A stretch of 64,000 nucleotides of DNA from an uncultured delta proteobacterium (GTDB lineage: Bacteria; Desulfobacterota; Binatia; UBA9968), in assembly GCA_963801935.1 (NCBI GenBank), contig CAWDHA010000035.1, positions 8,852 to 72,851 of the forward strand, in the 5' to 3' direction. The translations under genes and the position numbers were made by a program. The notes under the pieces were generated by a model that was not told the DNA's origin, did not search any database, and saw only the letters and a list, made by a program, of their open reading frames with translations. Position 1 is the stretch's first letter. Every line of letters starts with the position of its first letter. Positions 9,639 through 17,793 of this stretch are shown in pieces.

Positions 9639-11117
9639 TCAAATTTGCACAGATTCAAATACTTCGATTTCAGCGAGTCTGAGCCTGTGAAAATCGTTTA
9701 TCATCTCGGCGTCTATGCGCCGCCCTCGACTCATCGGCACGGCTGCGCCGCAGTCAAGGGCGCGGGCGAGCACCATCCCTTCACAAATATCCGCGATCGC
9801 GACATTGCGGACCGGCAGACCGTCGGTGCGCACAGCCACGGAAAAGTAGATCCCCTCACCGAAGGAGAAGGTCATCTCGAAGTCCTGGCGCAGTTCCACA
9901 GAGCCGTCGAGACCGGTTCTGTCTTCGACGCAAGGAAGTCCGAGGATGAACTCCTTGCCTTCGTCACCGAGACTCTCGTTGACGCGGCCGCCGATGATAT
10001 TGAGCGCTTCCGCCAGGGTGCTCCGAACAAGGTCCATGCTGGTTGCCGCTTGATGTTCATCCATTTGCAGCATCAGCATAGCCATCGCGACAACGCAGGC
10101 CCGATCGCAGCGAAATTCGATTTTGATCCGTTTGCTTTCCTTGAATCCGAGAAGCGCGATCGCCGCGCAGGTGCTCGGTTTTGCGGCAGCGAGCTCCGCT
10201 GGCTGCGGCTCGAGCGAAACTTCAGTGGACATCATCATGCTGAATACCTGCTCGGTGGCGCAGATCAGAGGTTGGCGCAGGCTTTCTGAATTATCGAACG
10301 GCGCCCTATCGGCGATGATTCCGCCCAGGCAGCGCTCAAACGACTCGGCAAAAATTTGTGGAACAAACGTGCGTTTCACGCGGCCGTCGTACAACGACTC
10401 CTCGGCTGCGTTTGCTTCATCATCCGCATCTACGGCATATATCTTGATTGCCGCGAGGCTGGGAATAGTGCGCAGCTTGGCAACCATGCGATCGCGGCCA
10501 AACAAACCGATCTCTGAGCCTGCGAGGAGAACCTGAGGAGAGTGCTTTATGCTCGCGGCGATAGCCTGAGCGCCATTGGTCGCCTCCAACACATTAAATC
10601 GCGCTGCCAATGTCGTTGCTAGGAAGTGGCGAAAGTTAGCATCGCCGTCGACCACCAGAATAACCTCTCGACCGGGTTCAACAACGGCGTCCTGCCCGGA
10701 GATTAGCACGCTCGCTGGGACGAACAGGCGCGACTTGAGTTCTCCGAGCTTGCTGGCTAAGCGCTTGACCAACCGATTCGCATTGTAAGGTTTGATAATG
10801 TAGTCAAATATTTTCAGTTCCAGCAGAGATCGGATGGTATCGGAGTCGGTATTCGCTGAAATGATGATGACCGGCAGTTGCGCGGTTTTGGACCATTGGC
10901 GAATTTCAGCTAGCACCTCGATGCCGCTTAGAAACGGCATCATGACATCGAGAAAGAGCAAATCGAAATTGCCGTCGGTGAGTCTATTTAGCCCGTCGAG
11001 ACCGTCGGTGGCGATTTCGACATCGCAACCGAGCTTTCTTATAAGTAAGTAAGCGAGCGTCTCGCCGTCCGTTTGACAGTCATCGATCACCAGCGTTTTA
11101 AGTGCGTTATCCTTCAT
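9639..11117 (-). CDS. multidomain response regulator: REC, degenerate REC-like, CheX-like phosphatase domain and a C-terminal extension
   Basis: N-terminal receiver (LVIDDCQ...LLFLDVMMPFLSG...IKPY). A second REC-like segment follows (ILVVDGDANFRHF...). The CheC/CheX active-site consensus S-x3-E-x2-N is present (STLAEALNIIGG). Confidence 0.75.
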   Translation of the reverse strand: MKDNALKTLVIDDCQTDGETLAYLLIRKLGCDVEIATDGLDGLNRLTDGNFDLLFLDVMMPFLSGIEVLAEIRQWSKTAQLPVIIISANTDSDTIRSLLELKIFDYIIKPYNANRLVKRLASKLGELKSRLFVPASVLISGQDAVVEPGREVILVVDGDANFRHFLATTLAARFNVLEATNGAQAIAASIKHSPQVLLAGSEIGLFGRDRMVAKLRTIPSLAAIKIYAVDADDEANAAEESLYDGRVKRTFVPQIFAESFERCLGGIIADRAPFDNSESLRQPLICATEQVFSMMMSTEVSLEPQPAELAAAKPSTCAAIALLGFKESKRIKIEFRCDRACVVAMAMLMLQMDEHQAATSMDLVRSTLAEALNIIGGRVNESLGDEGKEFILGLPCVEDRTGLDGSVELRQDFEMTFSFGEGIYFSVAVRTDGLPVRNVAIADICEGMVLARALDCGAAVPMSRGRRIDAEMINDFHRLRLAEIEVFESVQI

Positions 11118-11141
11118 GGCCTCGGGCCTCTACACCAACTG

Positions 11142-11168
11142 AATCGGCGAGCTTTTATCGAGGCTTAA
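11142..11168 (-). promoter_or_regulatory. possible sigma28 (FliA)-type promoter upstream of the REC-REC-CheX gene
   Basis: The minus strand reads TAAG-N15-GCCGATTC (consensus TAAA-N15-GCCGATAA). The -10 element ends 23 nt before the ATG at 11117. Confidence 0.25.
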
Positions 11169-11259
11169 TCCGGATCAGCTCTGACCGCGCACCCCAGCGC
11201 CAATATCATGAACTATAAGAACCGGCTTTGCAGCCGATTCTTCAATAAGACTGACTCCG

Positions 11260-12036
11260 GTGACGTTTATGATGATCACGGCAACGATTGTAATCATTGC
11301 GAGCGCCCTGGCCACGTTCTTGGTTCTGCTGCGGCGCCGATGGCGCGGGCCTGCTCCCGCCAAAAATAGTGAGCCTTCAATCCTGCCGAGAGTGGGGGTT
11401 ACGCTTGCCGGCGGCTTCATCCGCGGCCAGGACTACATTCCGGTTTTCTTTCAGGTAGAGGAGCGCAAGGGCGCGAAGCTGATGCTGCAGATTTTGTCAG
11501 AGTTTGGCGCGAGCCCGCTGTTGGGCATCGGCCCCGGAACCAGCGGCCGGCTGGAGGTCGGAACCCATTATTTTCCGATAGAGGTCGTACAGCCGAGTTT
11601 GCCATGGGTTCAAGTCCAGGCTTTTCCGCACCAGGCAAAGAAAGTGCATCGAGATTCTGTCCGCATCCCCGTTTCGTTGCCGGTGCGCTTCCGTGAGCTG
11701 GGATCGGCGCGGCCCTGGCAGGCCGGCAAGTGCGTCAACATCAGCGCCGGCGGCCTGTCCCTTTTGTCGGATTGTCCTGCACCGCCGTTGGTCGGTCGCT
11801 ATTATCAAGTTGAGATCGCGCTTACGGCCGCTCGTCAGGCCGGGGAAAAGCTTGCGCTCGCGGGCGCGGTGCGCTGGACTCAACCTATCAGAGGCGGCAC
11901 AATCGCCGGGCTTCACGTCGCCGAGCCGGCGTCGCAGCGCGAGCTCACAAAATTGGTTTCTCAACTGCAGCGTCAAATGGCGCGCCACCAGCAGGATTAT
12001 CTCTTAGAAACCAGCGCCAGGCCCAATCTCCAGTAG
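11260..12036 (+). CDS. membrane-anchored YcgR-like PilZ-domain protein (c-di-GMP receptor)
   Basis: PilZ signature RxxxR (RDSVR) plus (D/N)xSxxG (NISAGG). N-terminal hydrophobic segment ITATIVIIASALATFLVLL. The start may be GTG 11260 or ATG 11269. Confidence 0.75.
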   Translation: MTFMMITATIVIIASALATFLVLLRRRWRGPAPAKNSEPSILPRVGVTLAGGFIRGQDYIPVFFQVEERKGAKLMLQILSEFGASPLLGIGPGTSGRLEVGTHYFPIEVVQPSLPWVQVQAFPHQAKKVHRDSVRIPVSLPVRFRELGSARPWQAGKCVNISAGGLSLLSDCPAPPLVGRYYQVEIALTAARQAGEKLALAGAVRWTQPIRGGTIAGLHVAEPASQRELTKLVSQLQRQMARHQQDYLLETSARPNLQ

Positions 12037-12141
12037 CCGGAAGGGCGCGCCGTCACATCGTAAGAGATCGACGCCGTCTGGGGTTACTGCTACCGCGAGG
12101 TGTTTAAGGGACAGTTTTACCTCTTGGCGCGGGTTATCGGG

Positions 12142-12635
12142 CTACGCGGCGCTGCTTACGGCTCGCTTTGCCATGCGCGATTCGAGCTTGTCTTCGCCGA
12201 GGAGCATGACGACCAACGGTTGGTCACGGTAAGAAAACGCCGCCTCGCTGAGCAGCACGTGGCGCGGAAACATCAGCTTGAAGTCCTGACCTTTGATCAG
12301 GGTCGGCAGCGACAGGTGGGTCGAGCCGTTGAGCGCGCCCTTGACGTTGTCGCTGATAATATTCACGAGCTCGCACATGGCGTCATGGACATCTTCAAGC
12401 GGCGCCTCGGTCGACGCGATATCGAACATGATCTTTGCGGCAAGGCGCGCGGTTGCCATCGAGCAGTAGATCACCACCGCAAGTGCCAGTCGCCGCTGAT
12501 TTGGGCGCAGGCGGCGATCAGATCTTCGATGTTCTCTACGCCCACCGGCGCCGGCGCGGGCTCGAGATCTTCGCCGAGAACCAAGCGCCAGGTTTCTTCG
12601 GTGATTTGCCGTAGTTCGGTCTCTGCGAATTTCAT
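12142..12635 (-). CDS. CheX-like CheY-P phosphatase (apparent frameshift near 12480)
   Basis: The C-terminal 111-aa ORF carries D-x3-E-x2-N (DAMCELVNIISDN). The N-terminal part MKFAETELRQITEETWRLVLGEDLEP...ISGDWHL reads in another frame from ATG 12635, which is preceded by GGAGAGG. Confidence 0.65.
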
Positions 12636-13200
12636 CAGCCTCTCCTATGCCGCCGTGGCTTTGATGTAATATGAGCTTTTGTCCAGCGCGACCCGTTTAA
12701 GGCGTCGTCGACTCCCATGGGCGTCTCGGCGCCGCCCAGGAAGAGACATCCGTCGGGTTTCATGAGCTTGTGAACTCGCGTGAAAATCGCCTTTTTGGTT
12801 TCGGTGTCGAAATAGATCAGCACGTTGCGCATAAAGATAATGTCCATCGGTGCCAGCGCCGGCCAGGGTTGGGCCAGGTTGAGCTCCTTGAATTCGATCA
12901 TGCGGGGCAAATCATCTTTGATTTTCCATTCGGTGCCGACTTTCCGGAAATATTTTGATTGCCAGCGGCGCCGGCAAACCGCGATTGATCTCGAGCTGCG
13001 AATAGCAGCCTTCGCCGCAGCGCCCGAGCATCTCCTTGGACACAATTGTCAGGAAACCTCCGTCCTCGTATTTCCGGGGCTGCGCACACACGGGTAAAAT
13101 TTGCCGTTTGCATTTTTGCGTCACTGAGCAACCAACAATCATGCCAGAGATCGTGTGAGGAAAGCTCGGCAGAGCGCTCGCAAGAACCGCCGGTTATTTG
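12635..13200 (-). pseudogene. cheR: CheR-type MCP methyltransferase, fragmented or degenerate (several frame changes, N-terminus not recoverable)
   Basis: CheR-like blocks lie in different frames: GEGCYSQLEINRGLPAPLAIK, then YFRKVGTEWKIKDDLPRMIEFKELNL...DIIFMRNVLIYFD...KPDGCLFLGG. A more CheR-like C-terminus (LKRVALDKSSYYIKATAA*) reads in yet another frame and stops at 12645-12647. Confidence 0.5.
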
Positions 13201-13225
13201 ACAATGATCTGAAGGCCGGCGCACC

Positions 13226-13300
13226 GAGCGCATGGCGCAAAGCGCATGGCGCATAGGATTCTCGCTTTGCGCTTTGCACTTTGCGCTCTGCGCTTTTCCT
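13226..13300. repeat. GCGC-rich oligo-repeat hairpin element, copy 2
   Basis: GCGCAAAGCGCA (13235-13246) pairs with TGCGCTTTGCAC (13268-13279) at 11 of 12 positions. It shares AGCGCATGGCGCA and GGCGCATAG with 171-200. Confidence 0.6.
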
Positions 13301-14504
13301 ACTCCGTCACCTGCAAAGCCAGAATGGCCTGGTCATCGCGCTGCCGTTCGCCGCCGAGAAACCGATCAACTTGGCAAAACAGATCTTCCACCATTTGCTC
13401 AATCGGCAATTTGGCCGAGCGCGCGCAAGCATCGGCAAGACCCTGCTCGCCAAACATCATATTGCGCGCGTCCATCGCCTCAATGATGCCGTCGGTGTAG
13501 CACACGATCCTTTGGCCGGGGCTGAGCTGAACAGCGGCGCCGGGAAAATCAGCGTCTGGCATTATGCCAACGATCCCCGGGGTTACGTACAGGCGTTCTA
13601 ATGACGGCCGGTCCGGCCCGAGCAGTAAAGCGGGGGGATGACCCGCGCCGGCATAGGAAAAAGTACTGCTCTTGCTGTTCCATAGCCCGACGAACCCGGT
13701 CAAGAACTCCCCGGTGGCAAGATACCCGTAAATCTGGCGGTTGAGCCAGCCTAAAAGTTTAGCCGGCTCATGGCATTGTTCGATGCCGGTGCGAAACAAA
13801 ACCTTGGCAACACTGGTAATCAGCGCTGCGGCCAGACCATGGCCCGAAACGTCCGCAATTATGATCGCCACTTCATGTTCCCCCACCGCCGCAACATCGA
13901 ACATGTCGCCGCCGACGACATGGCTCGGCCGGTAGCGGTGGCCAAAGGCCAATCTACGCCCTTGCGGGAAAACGTTGGTCAGGAAACGCTGCTGTACGCA
14001 CCGCGCCTGCTCCAGTTCGAATTCAGTTTCCGCTTCGCGCCGGCGGTCTTCCTCCAACTGGCGCGACTGTTCTTTCACGACGCTGCGCAACTGAGTGAGC
14101 GGCCGGTAAGAACGAATACGCGCCTGAATGCGCGCCACCAGTTCAGTGGCGTTGACCGGCCAGCTTATAAAGTCCTCTCCGCCCAACTCTAAACCTTCGA
14201 CAACGTGCTGATCGGGATCTAGAACCGAGACGAAAAGCACCGGAATCTCTGCGCTGCGCGGGTCGGCCTTCATCCTGCGACAAACTTCGAAACCGCCGAT
14301 TTCCGGCATCAAGACATCGAGCAGCACGACATCGGGCAAGGTTCGGCTGACAAGCGCCAACGCGCTCAAGCTGTTATCGGCTTCGAGTACGGTGAAAGTC
14401 TGGTCGAGAATCCGGCGCAGGAGAAAACGTTTGTCGTCGTTGTCGTCAACCACCAGCACAACGGGGGTGGCAGCGGCGATATCAGGCTGCTGAGAAAGAT
14501 TCAC
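13299..14504 (-). CDS. response regulator with PP2C/SpoIIE-type phosphatase output (RsbU-like)
   Basis: Receiver VVLVVDDNDD...VLLDVLMPEIGG. PP2C motifs VGGDMFDV and IADVSGHGLAAAL, followed by the C-terminal QRDDQAILALQV. Confidence 0.85.
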   Translation of the reverse strand: MNLSQQPDIAAATPVVLVVDDNDDKRFLLRRILDQTFTVLEADNSLSALALVSRTLPDVVLLDVLMPEIGGFEVCRRMKADPRSAEIPVLFVSVLDPDQHVVEGLELGGEDFISWPVNATELVARIQARIRSYRPLTQLRSVVKEQSRQLEEDRRREAETEFELEQARCVQQRFLTNVFPQGRRLAFGHRYRPSHVVGGDMFDVAAVGEHEVAIIIADVSGHGLAAALITSVAKVLFRTGIEQCHEPAKLLGWLNRQIYGYLATGEFLTGFVGLWNSKSSTFSYAGAGHPPALLLGPDRPSLERLYVTPGIVGIMPDADFPGAAVQLSPGQRIVCYTDGIIEAMDARNMMFGEQGLADACARSAKLPIEQMVEDLFCQVDRFLGGERQRDDQAILALQVTE

Positions 14505-14615
14505 TGGCCGTTATCCGCCGCTTTGGATCTATAGTACTGGAGTGATGAAGTATTGGAGATTTCCGGACCCATCATTGCACCACTCCATTACTCCAACACT
14601 CGATTTTGTTCGATC

Positions 14616-14921
14616 CTAGCGCGTCACCCGAAAAAGCTGATCGAAATGACAAAGCCTTAAAACTTTGTCGACGTACTCCTGGGGCTTGTCGAGCACCACC
14701 ACACCGCCGGCTTTTTCGCAGCTCTCGCGGGTCAAAAGCAGCATGCCGAGAGCGGAGCTATCAATAAAACTCACCTCTGCCAAATCGAGGGTCAAGGACG
14801 AACGCCCCGAGCGCAATAAACCGTCAACGGTTCTGCGGAACTCCTGGTGCGCTTGAAAATCAAAACGCCCTTTGAGCGTGACGGTGGTATTGCTGGTTTC
14901 TTCTGAGATGTTGATTTCCAT
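14616..14921 (-). CDS. STAS-domain anti-sigma-factor antagonist (SpoIIAA/RsbV-like)
   Basis: LDLAEVSFIDSSALGMLLL is the conserved phospho-Ser context. The track ORF extends to 14966. The ATG at 14921 lies 4 nt after the upstream gene's stop. Confidence 0.75.
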   Translation of the reverse strand: MEINISEETSNTTVTLKGRFDFQAHQEFRRTVDGLLRSGRSSLTLDLAEVSFIDSSALGMLLLTRESCEKAGGVVVLDKPQEYVDKVLRLCHFDQLFRVTR

Positions 14922-14925
14922 AACA

Positions 14926-15372
14926 TCACTCCTTGTTAAGCGACATGATAATCCGCGTGCCGTCACCGTGAACCGATACGGAATTCATAAGTTGACGGAT
15001 CAAGTACAATCCTCGCCCACCGGCGGCGCCGCCCAGAGGAAGACCGAGCTCAGGGCGCATTTGGTAGCCTTTCCCCTGATCCTGAACGTCCATTTCAACC
15101 TTCCCCGGCGCAAGCCGGCAACCGACCCGAATCTCGCGGCCGGCGTCAGCCTGATTACCGTGAAAATAGGCGTTGAGCAGCGCCTCCTGCAAACACAGCT
15201 CGGCGCGGAAAACCCAATCCGGTTCAAATGCCATCCATTCCATAGCAGTTCGGACCATGCGCACGGCTGCCGTCAAGGCCGCTGGACTCGAGGGTATAGT
15301 GAAGCGAAACTCAGCCAGTGCCCTCAGGGGAGAACCCGCGCCGCGCTCCAGAGCCGAGACCGGCGCGCTCAC
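14926..15372 (-). CDS. anti-sigma regulatory factor / serine kinase (SpoIIAB/RsbW-like HATPase)
   Basis: 148 aa with EALLNAYFHGN (N-box) and GRGLYLIRQLM (G-box). GTG start. It lies directly upstream of the STAS gene. Confidence 0.7.
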   Translation of the reverse strand: MSAPVSALERGAGSPLRALAEFRFTIPSSPAALTAAVRMVRTAMEWMAFEPDWVFRAELCLQEALLNAYFHGNQADAGREIRVGCRLAPGKVEMDVQDQGKGYQMRPELGLPLGGAAGGRGLYLIRQLMNSVSVHGDGTRIIMSLNKE

Positions 15373-15513
15373 CTAAGCCCTCGCCGTCGGCGCAAGAATC
15401 GTGGGCAGCTCCCGACACGCAACTGCTGGTGGCAAGATTGCGGGAATAACAGGAGGGCTGAGGTCAGCGCTGAGATCATGACGATGATCCCGAAGAGAGG
15501 CGGGCGCGCGCCA

Positions 15514-15616
15514 TTACGGGAAAATCTTGTTGAGCTTTTCCTGGAGCGTCTGAGCGTTGAAGGGTTTGACAATATAGTTGTTGACGCCGGCTTGCACGGC
15601 TTCGACGATATTAGCT
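15514..15616 (-). pseudogene. CheY-like receiver C-terminal remnant (about 33 codons)
   Basis: [33 protein letters not shown] reads on the minus strand. It matches the alpha4-beta5-alpha5 end of CheY-type receivers. An in-frame stop lies immediately upstream, and no N-terminal receiver part could be found in any frame. Confidence 0.5.
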
Positions 15617-16258
15617 CGGCGCCGTCGCCTTCCTTAATAATCTTCTCGTGGCTTTTCACTTTGAACTTAATAGACAAATCGAGGGTCTTTTCTTCGATCT
15701 TAGCTATGATGCATTGCACTTTTTCCAGGCGCTGGCGCAGCACGTCTTGAAACGACAGATAACTCATCAAAGCCAGCAAGCTCTGGTGGTTCCTATCAAT
15801 GATCTCTTGAAGCTGGGAGACACTGGCGTCATTCAGCGCCGCCGCCCCCGAGTTCAGGAGCCGGCGCGCCTGGATTGATCCGATTGCATCTCTTAAATTA
15901 CTTTCCAGACCGAGTTAAACTCGCTTTCGGCTTCTCGGTTAATCTCGGCAACGCCATCGGCGGCTTTCGGAATGAAATCCTTGGAGCCGTCGGCCGTCGA
16001 CGACAATGAATGAAGGGTCTTGCGCACCGCCTCTAGATAGGCCGCCAACTGGCCCAGTTCGCCTTGGAAATGCTGTTGAAATTGTTGCTCGAACTCTCCT
16101 TCCGAGAGCGCTTTTGCCATCTCAACCAATTCACCTACTGAACAAGTCACGTTGTGCTCCTTTCCCAGGATGATGCCCTTGGGCCGGCCTGAGCTGACGA
16201 CGTCGCCAATCACCGCCACGTTTAACCTATCGGAAAAGCCTGTACCTGCTTTAGGCAA
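15617..16258 (-). CDS. CheZ-like CheY-P phosphatase (apparent frameshift near 15895)
   Basis: The N-terminal ORF (15893..16258, TTG start) continues in another frame as [10 protein letters not shown]...[31 protein letters not shown]. The FQDxxxQ+xxKV block has the catalytic D-x3-Q spacing of CheZ. Confidence 0.5.
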
Positions 16259-16344
16259 TTTATCCTGTGCCGGAGCGAAACGGCGCGGCGGAAATGCATT
16301 TCGCGATAGCGAGACTGCGATGGGTTCAAGCGTCAGCAGAACGC

Positions 16345-16377
16345 AAACCGGTCAAGGGCGATTCCCTTGACCGGTTT
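16345..16377 (-). terminator. strong hairpin downstream of flgE (candidate terminator)
   Basis: AAACCGGTCAAGGG-cgatt-CCCTTGACCGGTTT forms a perfect 14-bp stem, 28 nt after the flgE stop. Confidence 0.55.
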
Positions 16378-16404
16378 ACCAAAGGAGCGGTCAATAGCGG
16401 CGCA

Positions 16405-17694
16405 TTACCGCTTCAGGTTCGATACCTCTTCCAAAAGCGTGTCGGTGACCGTGATCGTGCGCGACGACGCCTGGAAGGCCCTCTGAGTTGTAACCATTTT
16501 GACGAACTCCGTGGCCAAGTCTACCGTCGAGAGTTCAAGCGAGCCGGATAACACGGTGCCGAAGCTGCCGTTGGCCGGCGTTCCCGCTAAACGCTGCCCC
16601 GACTCGGGAGACTCGACAAAGAGCGAATTACCCACATGCGTAAGGCCTTCAGGGCTGGCGAAGTCGGCGAGCGCGACTCTGAAAAGCGGCTGAGTGCCGC
16701 CGGTGGTGAACTGACCCGTAATGATGCCATCGGTGCCGATGTTGATGCCGCGCAGAACACCCGATGGCGAGCCATTCTGGTTCAATACACTGACCGATGA
16801 TGCCTGGGCGTACTGGGTAGTGCCAAGAAAGTTTTGATTCGCGGCCGTGATCGTTTGCGCGCTGGCGCCATTGCCCCAGGCGACGGCGCCGATGTTGTTT
16901 ATGGTCGTCGCACCCGTATTCAAGGTGCCGTCGGCATTAAATCCGAGCGTGCCGTTACTGACCTGCTGCAACTGGCCTGCCGTGCCACCGGTAATCTCCC
17001 CGCCGTCGGCGACGACACGATAATCCCAAGTGTTCGCCGCGGTCTTACGAAAGAGATAGGTCAGATCATGTCCCTGACCGAGGGAGTCGAAGACCGTTGC
17101 CACAGTGGAAAAATTAGCGCCGGCGAACCATGCAGCAGGTAAGCCCGTTGGGGGAACACCTCCAGGAAACGTCGGTGTCGGTGCCGTGGATGTCGCATCT
17201 AGATTTGCCGCCAAGGTGGTAACGCTGGTGGCAGTCGGCGAGACCACCGCCTGGCTGATGATGACGTCCACCAGGCCGGTGTTGATAGTCCCGGTGCTGT
17301 TGAGACCAAAGCCCTGAACGCGTAGACCGGCGGGGTTGACGAGATTACCCTCGTCATCAAGTGTGAATTGCCCGGCCCGGCTATAAAAACTCGCTTGCGC
17401 CGAAGCTGCGTCTCTAAGCATGAAAAGCCCGCGGCCCTGGATCGCCATATCCGTCGGGCTGTTGGTGGTTTCGACGCCGCCCTGAACGAATGCCCGGTGC
17501 GCGTCGGCGAGGCGCGAGCCCAGACCCACCTTGGTGCCGCCGATGTCCGCGCTCAAAAGGTCGAAAAACACCGCCCGGCTCGACTTGAAGCCGATGGTGT
17601 TCACGTTGGCGATGTTATCGCCGATGATGTTCATGGCGTTGCCGTTAGCGTTGATGCCGCTAACGCCCGCGAAAAGTGCTCCTGTCAGTGCCAT
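16405..17694 (-). CDS. flgE: flagellar hook protein FlgE (paralog 1)
   Basis: The N-terminus GVSGINANGNAMNIIGDNIANVNTIGFK and the C-terminus LELSTVDLATEFVKMVTTQRAFQASSR are the conserved rod/hook termini. 429 aa. Confidence 0.85.
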   Translation of the reverse strand: MALTGALFAGVSGINANGNAMNIIGDNIANVNTIGFKSSRAVFFDLLSADIGGTKVGLGSRLADAHRAFVQGGVETTNSPTDMAIQGRGLFMLRDAASAQASFYSRAGQFTLDDEGNLVNPAGLRVQGFGLNSTGTINTGLVDVIISQAVVSPTATSVTTLAANLDATSTAPTPTFPGGVPPTGLPAAWFAGANFSTVATVFDSLGQGHDLTYLFRKTAANTWDYRVVADGGEITGGTAGQLQQVSNGTLGFNADGTLNTGATTINNIGAVAWGNGASAQTITAANQNFLGTTQYAQASSVSVLNQNGSPSGVLRGINIGTDGIITGQFTTGGTQPLFRVALADFASPEGLTHVGNSLFVESPESGQRLAGTPANGSFGTVLSGSLELSTVDLATEFVKMVTTQRAFQASSRTITVTDTLLEEVSNLKR

Positions 17695-17699
17695 CTACC

Positions 17700-17790
17700 C
17701 TCCTGGTTTCTTTAGTACGTTTCTCGTTTCTGGTTTCTGGTTTCTGGTTGAACTTCTTCCTTCTGCCTATTGCCTGTTACCTGTTGCCTG
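17700..17790. repeat. low-complexity oligo-repeat spacer between the two flgE paralogs
   Basis: (GTTTCTG)n-like run gtttctcgtttctggtttctggtttctgg, then ctgcctattgcctgttacctgttgcctgg. The CTGCCTGTTGCC unit recurs at 36866-36895. Confidence 0.5.
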
Positions 17791-17793
17791 GCT

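Noticed and set aside
16240-16275. CGGCAC...TTGCC upstream of, or overlapping, the CheZ-like start, considered as a sigma54 promoter.
   Set aside because: The spacing between GG and GC is 13 nt rather than 10, and the motif overlaps the TTG start codon.
17700-17790. Tandem short repeats here and in the TTGAAC elements, considered as possible CRISPR arrays.
   Set aside because: The units are 7-9 nt and directly abutting, with no unique spacers of 25-40 nt and no cas genes. They are simple oligo-repeats or hairpins.
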